48,879 nucleotides of DNA from Nemertoderma westbladi (GCA_032718475.1 JAUCBJ010007272.1:1-48879), one strand, 5' to 3'. Counted from the stretch's first letter, positions 26,458-38,566 are shown. Notes: a model not told the origin generated them from the sequence alone. Made by a program: numbers and translations.

Positions 26458-26719
26458 ATTACTGTTCTCCATAGCTTTAATTTGGACGAAATGGGGCCAA
26501 ATTCAATAGTGTCAGTTGAATGTTCCAAAAAAAAACGTTATTACACCATATATATATATATGATATGCAACAATATATAAATATTGCCACTTTCCAATTA
26601 TTGCTAAATAGCTCCATTTTTACAACATACGTTTTGAGTTAGATATCAAACAATTAATTGATATATTTATTCCAAATAAATTAATAAATCTATTAAATTT
26701 ATTTATGTTTGCCACTAAC

Positions 26720-26780
26720 CGCTTTTATATCGAAGATTGCAACTGTCTTCTCCATCGGGTTGCTGGTGGTTACAGAGACA
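26720..26780 (-). CDS. Lectin gene exon 3 (61-nt Cys-containing linker)
   Basis: CAACAG|TGT to AGCG|GTTAGT; CLCNHQQPDGEDSCNLRYKS; phase 0 to 1, exactly bridging exons 2 and 4. Confidence 0.72.
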
Positions 26781-27173
26781 CTGTTGAATAATGTAATTTT
26801 AGATATGGCCATTAATTGAAATTGTTTGTAACTAACTATATTAAATATTATTTTATATAAATAACGGGATCTATATATATTAATATTAATTATTATAATT
26901 AATTTAATTACTATAAACACAACAACACAACAATTTGATGGTGCATCAAAATGTATAACTAAATAAAGTTTTCATATTATTTAAATTATAATACTGCAAT
27001 TACATCGGGAGTAAAAGCACCATGAGGGGTGTATATGTACATCAAAGACGTTCGAAAAATCATAGAAATAAGAGAAATTAGTTCTTATATTTGACTATAT
27101 GTTCTGTTATGGTTGGCGCAATTTCGATTCTCCCAAGTCGACTACGTCTTGTAGGGTTATTATTGTAGTGCTG

Positions 27174-27609
27174 TCCATGGTGGGCTCTAACTGCTGTGAG
27201 GACACCAAATCTCTGGATGGCACATTCACAAGAATGCTACGCCGGGTTCATTGTGTCAAGTACAATGCACACATCTCCAATCAGACACTATATAACATTG
27301 GAGGTGTCTCATTGGTTCCCCAAACTTGACACTAGAACAAAGCCGCCTCCGCTATGAAGGACATTGCTTTCGCCATGAGGACCAGCCAGTGCATTATCTT
27401 GTGCTTTGGCGGCCTCATGGAGTGAATAAGCATGGTGAACAGCCCATGACTTTCTTGAGACGCATCTTAAAGGACACATGCCTTGAAGATGCGGATGATC
27501 TAACAAATGTCATGGGTGATAGGGAGTTGTGGTGGCGCAATTTTGTCGACAAGCCGGCACAGCATTCTTAAAAATGCAGCTGCAATGCAGCATGCCGATC
27601 CTAGTAGTA
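27174..27609 (+). mobile_element. RTE family A short 3' fragment
   Basis: Family 3' end with TAG tail; probable 12-bp TSD ATTGTAG(T/G)GCTG (27162-27173 / 27610-27621). Confidence 0.87.
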
Positions 27610-27789
27610 ATTGTAGGGCTGACGTCGATAATTGGTGGCTGCCCAAGCAAGTTTCAGAAGTGATATTTCAATTTCCCAACACGTTTTCAGCTTTAGGAGC
27701 TCCTTCTTTTCCAACTTCATTTCCAGTTTCCTTTCCAATCAGATACCTAATTTACGGTTTGACATGTAAGTCTTTGACTTTTAGTTGCT

Positions 27790-29420
27790 ATTTAATTTGT
27801 ATCTTGAGGAAATCTTAATATCTTCTAAATTTCATATTCAGTATCTTTCTTGCCATGATACATACTATTGCCGAATAGGTTTCTGAGGAATATGCTTTTA
27901 TTATATTCAGACAGATAGAAGTTGCAGACTGGTCTTTATCTATTGATTGTAGTACATCAAAATGGTTTTGAACTTTTACGGTATATTCATCCCCTTTACT
28001 GCAGTATATTTCTCGGTTTCTCAAAGATATAAAAAATATACACATTATAATAATTAATTCGCTTGCTTGTCTTGAGTTTACTGACTCTCGTACTGAGGCT
28101 GATCTCTGCAGTCAAGATTATGACGTTCTAACACAGATTGGGTTGGACGTGCTGTATCGTATACTACTACTACTAGGATCGGCATGCTGCATTGCAGCTG
28201 CATTTTTAAGAATGCTGTGCCGGCGTAGCATTCTTGTGAATGTGCCACCCAGAGATTTGGTGTCATCAGCAGTTAGAGCCCAGCATGGACTTCCATAGAG
28301 GAGTACTGGAACTACTGCTGCTCTAAATAATCGGACCTTAAGTGTCCGATTAATTCTCAGTGACTTCCAAATCCTGGAAAGCCTATTCAAGGCTGCCCAT
28401 ACCTTTCCCTTACGTATTCGAAGGTCCTCACCTGACTTCCGGATCCATGATCCCAGGTAACAGAAGTCATCCACATGCTCAAGCATACCATCTTTTGAGC
28501 TTATGCTCATCCGATCAGAGACTTGCTGAGGACTTTCAAAGTTAACTGTCAAAATTTTGGTCTTTCTGGAGTTAATAAAAAGACCAACACTAGAAGCAGC
28601 ATGTTCTAATGAGCTGAGGAGCCGTTGGGCTCCCTCTAATGATTCTGAGAGTACTCCTAAGTCATCAGCAAAGTCTAGATCAGTTAGGTACTTGGCAGGA
28701 TTTCCTCGACTTCTGGAGCCAGTAGGTGGAGTTATCATCACCCCATCATCATTATGATGATCTAAGGACATGCGTAGAACATAGTCAACTACAATTATGA
28801 ACAAGAATGGTGCAAGTGTGTCTCCCTGGAGGACGCCCCATAACACTTCAAATGGTTCTGTGTCACCGTCAACAGTAGACACAAATGTTGTTGAACCATC
28901 GTATACTGATCTGATTGCTGCAATAATTTCATCAGGAATCCCATATTATGAAAGTATGCTAAAAATACGTGAGTGAGAGACTGAATCAAAGGTCTTGAAG
29001 AAGTCAACAAACATAACAGCCATTGATAACTCTTAAATTATCCTTCTAAGTGCCAAAATGGGCTCCATGGTCCCACGACCTTTACGGAACCCATTCTGAT
29101 TTCCACGAAGCAGTCTCTCAATGGGATTCCTGATGCGATTTAATAGAATTCTATTGTATAGCTTTGCAGCAATCGAGATCAATGAGATTCCCCGAAAAGA
29201 ACCATAGAGTGTTAGGTTGCCCTTCTTGGGAACTGGCACCAACTTATAGCTCAGATACTGAGGCTGATCTCTGCAGTCAAGATTATGATGTTCTAACACA
29301 GATTGGGTTGGATGTGCTGTATCGTATGCCTCACAGTTGATAATGCTGTTTCTCCACCTTTTGCTGATAATGACGTAGCCCAACTGCTCGGGTATTAAAA
29401 GGTCCACAGCTTCCAATTAC
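27790..29420 (-). mobile_element. Decayed RTE family B fragment interrupted by a family A copy
   Basis: KRWRNSIINCEAY and GACAAGCAAGCGAAT are shared with the 10090-11030 element. Boundaries approximate. Confidence 0.6.
28163..29255 (-). mobile_element. RTE family A copy with a 72-bp flanking duplication
   Basis: RT core QGD/FADD and TAG tail; direct repeats at 28091-28162 and 29256-29327 with 2 mismatches. Confidence 0.9.
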
Positions 29421-29532
29421 ACTTTTCCTTTCACTTCATACCCGTACAATTTTTATGTTAATGTATTAAAAATAATTATCTTTCTGTTCTGACCAAATTG
29501 ATTTATCACTTCATGTGCTAAACCTTGTTGTT

Positions 29533-30113
29533 TGTGACGGGCAAGGGCGTCCCGACCGGGTAAATCGATATCGATGATACCTACGCTTCGCTGTGTTTAT
29601 GGTCACTGTTAAAGTTGAAGGCAGTAGGCCGGTAAAACACAAGAGTTATTGGTTTATCGTTGTTAATAATAGCTGATATGTGTATATGTACCTGTAGACA
29701 AATTAATAGCACAATCAATAGACACTACGGGCGACGGTGGAAAACCGTCCGACATCCACAGTAATTAATAGCCAACTGAACACAATTGATTTAGACCAAC
29801 AGATATATGGATACTATGTGGAAACCCACCACACAGTCCCACCTACATGGCGACCGACCAATGGATACACGTTATACTTGCCAGATGTGTCCCCCCCCCC
29901 CCCCACCCCAATGGTTGGTTTTTCCCCACTTCTGTCACCCCATGTTCCCTCGGCCCTTTGCTAGACTCTCCCCTGAGATGTTTTATTAACCATCTCCCAG
30001 CTAGCATTGCATCACCTCATATTCCTTGGTATGCAATATCATATTGGGTGTAATTCGTAAATCAACCCCCCTTCTCCCGGTAGGTGGCGTGCAGCGGTAT
30101 GGATCCGCTAACA
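29533..30113. mobile_element. Solo LTR (581 bp)
   Basis: TGTGACGG...CCGCTAACA termini; 5-bp TSD TTGTT (29528-29532 / 30114-30118); no coding content. Confidence 0.75.
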
Positions 30114-30438
30114 TTGTTTATAAGGACTGACAACAACACTAATTAATATTATTTTAATAAGAAAAGCTTAATATTATTTTACTAAAACTTTTAGTACTTA
30201 ATGTATGTTAATGCATTCCTAAATTAAAACATCGGTCAACATAAACTTGAATAAAAGGCGACGATATTTTCTACGAATAGACGAAACATAATAACATAAT
30301 AATAATAATACTATATAACGAACACCCACCGGCCCAAATTAAGTCCAGACATTGCATAGGGGTGTATCATAACATACTAATTTACACAGTCCTATAACAC
30401 CATATATGAATAAACATTATTAGTACTTCTTAACTTAC

Positions 30439-30625
30439 AGGTAGTTTATTGTCCAAAGATAAGCTGGTATCATCTGCGGTGTTATAATCACCAACAGCCA
30501 TGTAGTCGAATGATTCACTGCTTACAAGATCATTTGCGTCAGCGAGTTCTGCATATTGGTCATTCAACTGGCAGATTTTATTATTATCGCTTCGACTAAG
30601 ATTAATAGATCGACATCGTTTATTA
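30439..30625 (-). CDS. Lectin gene exon 2 (second half of PAN/Apple domain)
   Basis: TTTTATAG|T to CCT|GTAAGT, 187 nt, phase 2 to 0; NKRCRSINLSRSDNNKICQLND...FDY. Confidence 0.85.
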
Positions 30626-30688
30626 CTATAAAAAAAATTGTTTTAATAATAATTATACATTAATGATAATTAAATAATTAATAATTAT

Positions 30689-31853
30689 TGTAAAAGCTTT
30701 TATGGGATAACTGATACGTTTGCCTTTGCTGGCCAGTTCCCCCCCGGTCGCTAGAATACTCTAAAAGGGATCTATAGTTAAAATAGTGCAAGCTACCAGC
30801 TTATTGGCTGATGTGCTGTACGGAGGTATCTGGGCTCCGTTTAATCGGCCAACCAGCTTAGGGAGGTTGCCTCAGCCCTGCTGCCCGTGTCGGCCAATAG
30901 AATTTGAGTGGGCGTTGATTTCGACCTATCCCAGAGCTACTGAACTGAATTTCCTATCTCTATGCTCATCCTCTGTGTTGGACGGGAGCTTCGGGGAATA
31001 AGGGTAGTTGGTATCCTCGTATAGTCAGCTAGTCATATGATTCTTCATATGATTCTGTTGTTGTGTTCCCATTTTTCGCCATAACACCGGCTTTTTGGGA
31101 AGAACTCTAGTAAAACTGCTTAAATTATCGAAAGTATAACTGTTATCTAATCAGCTAATCATATTGTTTGTACTGTTATTTACCGTCAGTTTATTAATTG
31201 TATCTATTTGTTGATGAATTATTGCCCTTTGGAGAATACGGATAAATCACCCAAATTTCCCAATTTTCTTGATACACTACAGGTTAGAGAGACAGGCTAT
31301 ACATAACAATTGCGATTTATATCAATGTGGTGTGTATTGAATCTAATGTTATTTAGCAGACCCTACATGAGTCAATTGCTGCTCTCTTTATGTGTGATCA
31401 AATTTACTGACGGTCGGCAGAATAGTGTGCATGATTGTGATTGGTAACAAAGCATTTCCTAAAGAATGCGCCTTATACTTTAATCATAAGCAGTATCGTT
31501 GCGTTTAGTATAAGTCCTAGTTCTGTTTAAATAGATAGAGCGCCATGTCCTAAAGGAACTGTTAATATTTCCCGAAAGCCAATAATATCTGTCAGAAATT
31601 AATTATTAACGATCTATCGAATAATACAATAGGTTTACACTGCAACCTTACACTGCAATAATAAAATTTAAGCAGCCGAATTCAGCCTCCCGGGTGTAGA
31701 TCCATCGGGTGAATGATCGCGCATGGGCTGGCTTCGGGTAATGTTTTGTTTATTAGCATAAAATATTGTCGTATGCTAAAGGTGTTTTAATTAACTAAAA
31801 GACATATAAATTTTGGCAGGTTAAACTGCTAAAGGTCTTCAAAAGCGCGAACA
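30689..31853 (+). repeat. 5' LTR (1165 bp)
   Basis: TGTAAAAGC...GCGCGAACA; direct repeat of 44726-45889. Confidence 0.96.
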
Positions 31854-31919
31854 ATAACAGTTAACGATCTTATTGCAGTAAGCAATAAGGTTGCAAAATA
31901 CCGTAGTGACCGGTAAACC

Positions 31920-32050
31920 TGAACCGGTACTTCTGTAGGTCAGTAGGCCCAACTGCCAGAACCGGTACTGCTGTAGGTCCGTAGGTCCAACTGCCAGAAC
32001 CGGTACTTCTGTAGGTCTGTAGGCCCAACTGTCCTAACCGGTACTGCTGT
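31920..32050. repeat. About 38-bp tandem repeat (~3.5 copies) in the element leader
   Basis: GAACCGGTACT(T/G)CTGTAGGTC.GTAGG(C/T)CCAACTGCCA units. Confidence 0.85.
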
Positions 32051-34090
32051 ATAAGTACATTAGTATTATTCGAATTTGATTAGTGCATACCGGTAGGCTG
32101 TTTAAGAGATTAGGGACTGTATACCCCTTGTTTCTTTTGGAGCTTACTTATTTCTGTCGGTTTTATTTCCTAGTAAGTTAATATTGAGCTGAAGACGTGT
32201 AAGTCTGCTCAGATTGTTCAGATAATTGTAGGCTGAACTGCTGTCTGACTGTTGTTGGGTTTGGAGAGATTACGGCATGTGTAGAGTTTGTCTGATAAAG
32301 TGCCGTTAGTAAGTTGGGGCAGCCATATGCTGTAAGGTCAATCCCCTCTTAAAGAATAAGTCGTACTACCGTGTTAGAACGCATACTAACTAACTGTTTC
32401 AGAATCTGCATATACTGTAGTTTATTTAGGCTTGATCGTAGTCTGCCAGTGTTTTAGCCTGTGTTTGTTTGTGTGGTCTGTTCAGGTACCGTAATAGTTA
32501 TTACTCAGATATTTTGTAGGCTGGATTGTTGTCTAGCTATTCTTAGGCCTGAAGGGATTGCTGCGTGTGTAGAGTTGGTCTGATAAAGTGCCGTTAGTAA
32601 GTTGGGGCAGCCATATGCTGTAAGGTCAATCCCCTCTTAAAGAATAAGTCGTACTACCGTGTTAGAACGCATACTAACTAACTGTTTCAGAATCTGCATA
32701 TACTGTTGGCTTGATAGTAGTCTGCCAGCGTTTGGTTTGTATTTTGTTTGAGTATTCTGTACGGGTAGCGTAATATTTATTATTCAGAGTTTATGCGATT
32801 ATTCGCAACATTCATGTCCCCAAGTTTATTCCTACAGTAATTGTGCTTGTTATACATACCGTTATAGTTAAATTAACCCCTGTACTACACGGGCTGCTTG
32901 GCGTAGGACAAGACTGGTGACTTTGTGCTCTGGTCACTCCAGCAGATGCCGCGGTTCTTTTAACTGTTCAAGTATATTTAACTACTGATTATTTGTTATA
33001 CCGGTACTTGTACCTAATTTAGGGTTTAGCGTACAGTGCTTCCGAGAGTAATTAGTGTGTAGGCAGTATATTTGTGTTGTAAAGTGGTTGATAGGCACAT
33101 TCGCTAGCTCTATTAACTTCTAGGTAGGAACACTCCGTGATACATAACGTAGTACCTATAGCAATACGGTTATAGGTCGTCAGGCGGTGGTATTTTCCTA
33201 TCTGGACAGTGCAGTATATTTACTACTACTTATTATTTCAAATACCGTAGTACCCTGTCCGTTGTAATAAACCAGAAATCTAACCCTTTGTTAGGCTGGT
33301 TTGTAGACTTCCTGTAAAATTACCCTAAAAAATTCGTACGTAATATTTTGTTGTGTTTAATTAGAGAATTAATCTCACCCATATCGTAAGTAATTTGTAG
33401 TATTAAGTAACTTAAGTAAATTAGAATTATCAGTTTTAGTGTCTCAATAAGTAACACTTCACTGAGAGCGTACAGCTTCTGTGTAGTGACTCCCCCAGAA
33501 ATAATAACATTTATTTCAAATATTGACAAAACCCATTTTTAACGGGTATATAAATATTATAAATCAACTCAAACGATTTATAAATAGTAGGCCTGTCATA
33601 CAACAACTAGGTCTCAATATCAGTTGAACTACTGCTTAAATAACGGTAACAAAGTAAGTTAAAGTAACTAAGTAACCCTAAAATATTCAGGAATTCAATT
33701 ATTCTAAAAATAATTGACATACCATAGGCTTATTATATTTATCTCTATAAATTTGAGCTGAAATCATACCGGTACTCTGTAATTAATCTAGTCTGTAATT
33801 ATACTTATATATACTATAAGTGTAAGCTGTATGCCGGTATTCACTATAGGCCTACTATATATTTATATATATTTGTGCTAAAATTATATACCGGTACTCT
33901 GTGACAAATCTAGTCTGTAATAATACTTATATATATTATAAGCATACCGGTATTCTAATATATTGTATATATATCACGTTACACCGAGTAACGGTATCGG
34001 TAATAAATCGCTAGGCTTGCGGTCATACTGAATTACCAGACTTGCTTTAACTGAAACTATAGTAGTAGGCATTCAACTGTATAGCTAAAC

Positions 34091-37000
34091 ATGTCTGACA
34101 CTCAGCAAAACCTGTCAGACAGTCTGATCGATACAACTATCTGTGACACAGATAGGAGTGTGGAGCGATTAAGAAAGGAGTTCAGCTCCCCTCCTACTGC
34201 AAAAAAGGTCATCCCTCCAGTAGTATCAGACCCTAGGCTAATCCACCATAGGTCCATCATAGGCGCTCGGGCACAGGTCAAACGGAACCAAGAGGCAGTT
34301 GTCCCATCGCAGCAACATCTTGGTCAAGAACCTACTTCCCAGCGACCCGATAGCTCCAGTAGTTCGGATACAGTAGAGCTGACCCCCGAAAGCGGAGTGC
34401 AGATAGCTGCTACAGTCTACTCGGACCCCCTTCTTACCCTTCCTGCTGCAGTGCTAACTACTATATACATTGCGGTGGAGGAACATCAAGCCGACTGGGC
34501 GAGAAATAAGCGAGCGACCCAAAATAATTATGCGGGATACGCCAGGGAAGAATTGATGTCTATTGTCGAGTCACAATGGAACTTTCCCGGACTCGGACTC
34601 CCGTTGGATCTGTCCGAGGCTACTTGGGAAGATATACACAGGATGGGAGTGACTAAAGATACAATGGATCCAGCTGTTTGGAAGAGGTCGGCAGCAGGAT
34701 ATGTGCAGGGATTCTTCGGCTCCTTGGAGCGATTGGAAGAACAACTGTTTCGACAACCTCAAGGACCTCAAGAGCAGGAAGAGCTGCTATACCAAATACG
34801 CGAAAGAACCCTACGCATACGACTAATCCTCTCATCCTTTGAGGAAACTTCCAAAAGAAGACAGGACACGTCGCTGCAGGTTGCTGTCAAAACTTGGTTA
34901 CATCGGGTAGATCTCAAAGTACAGGAAACGGCCCAGTGGAAATCCCAGCTGGCTGAGAGATCAACCTGTGAAGAACAAACTGATGTCACCCTTTCTCAAG
35001 CGGAAAGCGAAGAGACCGCCGAGAAACCGCGAACTAGAGACGCTATCGACATTTATTTGTCCGACTATCAGCGATTCCTAGGAGACGAAGAGTTGAGGAG
35101 ACGGCTGTCTGGACTTTCCCCTAATAGTGAAGGAACCAAGCTTGTGTTGGACTCAATCGATGCCGAAATGTTAGCTGCAAACCAAGCTGAATGTGATGAA
35201 AAACTCCGCCTCACTAGAGTCCGAGAAGAACAAGTAAAGAAAGAACTGATAGAGAAAAGAAAGGTAGCAGCAGCAGCGGCGGCGGAAGCAGAAGCAGAAA
35301 GAAAAGAAGCAGAAGCCGAAAGAAAAGCGGCAGAAGCAGAAGCAGAAAGAAAAGCGGCGGAAGCCGAAAGAAAGGCAAAAGCGGCAGAAGCAGAAGCCGA
35401 AAGAAAAGCGGCAGAAGCAGAAGCAGAAGCAGAAAGAAAAGCGGCGGAAGCCGAAAGAAAGGCAACAGTGGCAGAAGCAGAACGGAGAGCGTCTGAGGAG
35501 ACTATCCAACTAGAGTTGGAAAATCTGCAAGAGACGCAAGACAGTATAAATAAACAGTTTACTGCTAATCAGATGCAGATGATGAGAAAATCTACTCCCA
35601 AGCGCCAGGGATACACATCCTCGGAGGAAGGCGATACTACCGATCCTGAAGGCGGAGGAAATAGATCTCATCTAAGTAGGCGTAGAAAAACATCTTACCG
35701 TCGCAAATTGCCTGATTTACCCCCAGCTGTTAGAAGACAGCTAGCTAGCACAGACTTGAGTAGTATAGAACCTACAGCCCAAAGTATTAAGGTCCAAAGA
35801 CTCTCTACAATAGTTGATGAGCCTGAGATAATTAGGCCTGTCGTTCCAAAAGTCACTTCTGTGTTAGAGACCCCTGTACTTCCAGAGCTTAACTCTAAAT
35901 TCCCTTTACATAGTACTACACTGCCTGTACCCGGTGGAACAGTCCAAGAGAATATCCCTGTCCAGATAGCAGAGAGAGAAATTAAAAATTTGTCTCCCGT
36001 CGTCCCGCGTCAGCCCGCTACTATGTTGGCGACTCCCGCTTCGGCGGTTGAGTGGGTGGAAGAGGGACGGCGTGGGATGAATCTTCTGCTGGGACAGATG
36101 CAGGAGACTGTCCACCAACTTAAGGGAACAGTGAGGGAAAGTAGAGCAGAGTTGCAAGAAGTGCAGCAAAGTATCGCGCTAGAACGCGACAAATTAGTCA
36201 ATATACAAAAGGGCATACCAATACCCCCTGTAACATTGTGTCAACCTGTTAGGTCTGAAGTATTACATGCGCAAGGTGTGGAGCCTACACGCATCTATAC
36301 TGCTAGTGAAGTTGAAACTCCTATAGCAAACCCTATTAAGGGTGATTATAGACCTGTTATTAATGATATTCCCTATAGACCTGATAATGATCCGAGAAAT
36401 TTATATACCGATAATTCGATATTAAATAACACGATGGCCCAAGAAAGCTTTACGCGTCAGATGGCTAGAACAGAAGACCGCCAAGCGGTCAAAGTGGGAG
36501 AGATCGTCAAATTCAATGGAGATGAGATGAAATGGTTACCTTTCAACGAATATTACAAAGATAGCATACAGAACTCTGTACTATCTAACGGAGAGAAACT
36601 TAGATTCCTCATCAAGTGCTTGGAAGGACCTCCTAAGTTAATGGCGTTAAAGTTTATTGGACATCCAGAAGGATTAAGACAAGTTTGGGATACATTAAAC
36701 ATCAGGTATGGTAACAAGGATAACATAGCTAAGTATTTGTATGCAAAATTAGTAGCCCCCCGACACTTCCTTAGTAGTGGGATTATAGAGTTTTCCGATG
36801 AAATTCAAGAGATCTGTAGACAACTGGACTGGTTAGGTAAGTCGCATGAATATCAGAGTTCCATGGTTATTGGAGCCGTAGTCTCTACTTTACCAAAGGG
36901 TGGAGTATGTACACGCTGGGACAAGAAAGTGTTGTACATGAATGAACAACAACGAAGAAGTCCTACCATGGCTGATCTCATGTCCTTCTTAGATAGTGAA

Positions 37001-38566
37001 GTAAAATTACAACTCATAAGGCAGTCCAGAGAGAAAACATCGGAAAATAAGGTAAGTGAGAAACCCGTTTCTAGGAGAAGGATAATACCAGTGTGTTATA
37101 CTGACGACGGCGAAAGCCAAGCTTCTCAAGAAGAGGACAGCGGGAAAGACACAGCAAAATCTTACTATGACAACAAGACCTATAAAGACGTAAGTAAATA
37201 CAAGTCTCGAACCAGTGACAGGAGAGAACAGGTAACAACAACTCCTCCTACGTCTCCTAAGAGAATTCACGGAAGAAAGCCCGAAGAAAGAACGAGAGTG
37301 CAGAACGTTAACCAAGTTAAGGTGAGTAACATCAAACCAAAATGTGCGCTGTGCGACGGGCCCCACCATTTGAGTGCGTGTGCTGAATTTCTAAAGAAAT
37401 CCCTTGTAGACAGACGTACAGTCCTGTGGAATAAGCGGTTATGCTATAATTGCCTCAGATCAGGACACCAACGGCGAACCTGTTACTCCGACATAAAGTG
37501 TGCAAAGTGTGGCGCGAAACATCACATCTTGTTACACAGTGAGTTCGAACGAGACAAACTGAGTCAGGTAAGTGAGCCCGAACTACATGTCCAATTCAGT
37601 GATGTAAACGACACTGATCAAGAATCTGAGATGGAAGGATTCTATACTGACGAATTCTCCGACGCCAACGAATCCTGTTATCTAATCAATACCGCAGTGT
37701 ATCGAGCACTTACTTATGAAAAGGACACCAACAATGAGTTTCCCCCAACTACTTTTGCCAAACAACCATCTTGGAAAGCTCCAACTTCCAACGTAGGAAT
37801 CAGAGAATTTCCTGTAGTGCAGGTAAGAGTTCACGGTCTTAACAAAAGTTACATAGTGAACGCCCTCCTTGACTCCGGCAGCACAGGAACATTCATCGAT
37901 CAAGAACTAGCCGAAGATATCTTTGCTGGACAACCCAAGTTCCGGACTAAATTGAATATGTCAGGAATTATGCAGGTTTGGAAATCTACCCTAACGGCAG
38001 ATTACTATGTAGGTGTGTTGTCCACCCCCCAGGATAAATTAGGAGCACAAGGTATAAGGTCGGTAAAAATGGTGGCTATAAAGAACTTCGCTACTACCCA
38101 AGCAGACCTTTATAATTGGGACGAGGATGAGAGCATCCAACATCTTAAGATACCTCGATTCCAGACAGATTATCCTGGAGTGCAAATACTCATCGGCCAA
38201 AACGCGCATGAGGCGCTCGAGACATTGGAGAAACGGCCTGCTCAACCGCAGCCACTACAAACCTATGCGGTAAGAACTAGAGTAGGTTGGAACTTCACTG
38301 GCCCTTCCCGTAGAACTCTCAAAGAGAGATTACCTCAACAACAGGTATACCAAGTAAAGGGGGAAGTGGAGAGCAGTGATGTGGACGATCCAACTGAGGG
38401 AACACCATACTCCTCAGATAATGACGATATAAACTCCAATGTAGATCAATGGAGACATTGCCTTGGGACGATTAATCCAGCCGACATCGCTTCCAGAGGA
38501 GCAACTCCTCAAGAACTGATAGATACTCCAGGCTGGTTAGGTGGATCCGACTCCTTAAGTAAATAA
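34091..38566 (+). CDS. gag-pro: BEL/Pao Gag-protease polyprotein (DUF1759-like Gag, three zinc knuckles, aspartic protease), ending in an RNase H tail relic
   Basis: KFNGDEMKWLPF...EKLRFLIKCLEG; CALCDGPHHLSAC / CYNCLRSGHQRRTC / CAKCGAKHHILLH; ALLDSGSTGTFI; AVRTRVGW; then WRHCLGTINPADIASRG. No RT motifs. AEAERKA coiled-coil repeat at about 35266-35490. Confidence 0.93.
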   Translation: MSDTQQNLSDSLIDTTICDTDRSVERLRKEFSSPPTAKKVIPPVVSDPRLIHHRSIIGARAQVKRNQEAVVPSQQHLGQEPTSQRPDSSSSSDTVELTPESGVQIAATVYSDPLLTLPAAVLTTIYIAVEEHQADWARNKRATQNNYAGYAREELMSIVESQWNFPGLGLPLDLSEATWEDIHRMGVTKDTMDPAVWKRSAAGYVQGFFGSLERLEEQLFRQPQGPQEQEELLYQIRERTLRIRLILSSFEETSKRRQDTSLQVAVKTWLHRVDLKVQETAQWKSQLAERSTCEEQTDVTLSQAESEETAEKPRTRDAIDIYLSDYQRFLGDEELRRRLSGLSPNSEGTKLVLDSIDAEMLAANQAECDEKLRLTRVREEQVKKELIEKRKVAAAAAAEAEAERKEAEAERKAAEAEAERKAAEAERKAKAAEAEAERKAAEAEAEAERKAAEAERKATVAEAERRASEETIQLELENLQETQDSINKQFTANQMQMMRKSTPKRQGYTSSEEGDTTDPEGGGNRSHLSRRRKTSYRRKLPDLPPAVRRQLASTDLSSIEPTAQSIKVQRLSTIVDEPEIIRPVVPKVTSVLETPVLPELNSKFPLHSTTLPVPGGTVQENIPVQIAEREIKNLSPVVPRQPATMLATPASAVEWVEEGRRGMNLLLGQMQETVHQLKGTVRESRAELQEVQQSIALERDKLVNIQKGIPIPPVTLCQPVRSEVLHAQGVEPTRIYTASEVETPIANPIKGDYRPVINDIPYRPDNDPRNLYTDNSILNNTMAQESFTRQMARTEDRQAVKVGEIVKFNGDEMKWLPFNEYYKDSIQNSVLSNGEKLRFLIKCLEGPPKLMALKFIGHPEGLRQVWDTLNIRYGNKDNIAKYLYAKLVAPRHFLSSGIIEFSDEIQEICRQLDWLGKSHEYQSSMVIGAVVSTLPKGGVCTRWDKKVLYMNEQQRRSPTMADLMSFLDSEVKLQLIRQSREKTSENKVSEKPVSRRRIIPVCYTDDGESQASQEEDSGKDTAKSYYDNKTYKDVSKYKSRTSDRREQVTTTPPTSPKRIHGRKPEERTRVQNVNQVKVSNIKPKCALCDGPHHLSACAEFLKKSLVDRRTVLWNKRLCYNCLRSGHQRRTCYSDIKCAKCGAKHHILLHSEFERDKLSQVSEPELHVQFSDVNDTDQESEMEGFYTDEFSDANESCYLINTAVYRALTYEKDTNNEFPPTTFAKQPSWKAPTSNVGIREFPVVQVRVHGLNKSYIVNALLDSGSTGTFIDQELAEDIFAGQPKFRTKLNMSGIMQVWKSTLTADYYVGVLSTPQDKLGAQGIRSVKMVAIKNFATTQADLYNWDEDESIQHLKIPRFQTDYPGVQILIGQNAHEALETLEKRPAQPQPLQTYAVRTRVGWNFTGPSRRTLKERLPQQQVYQVKGEVESSDVDDPTEGTPYSSDNDDINSNVDQWRHCLGTINPADIASRGATPQELIDTPGWLGGSDSLSK

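Noticed and set aside
30786-31001. Identical 71-aa ORF also at 44823-45038
   Set aside because: GTG-start ORF duplicated only because it lies in the LTRs; no recognisable motif.
35171-35509. Hydrophobic/Cys-Phe-rich antisense ORFs
   Set aside because: Antisense shadow of the AEAERKA repeat in Gag.
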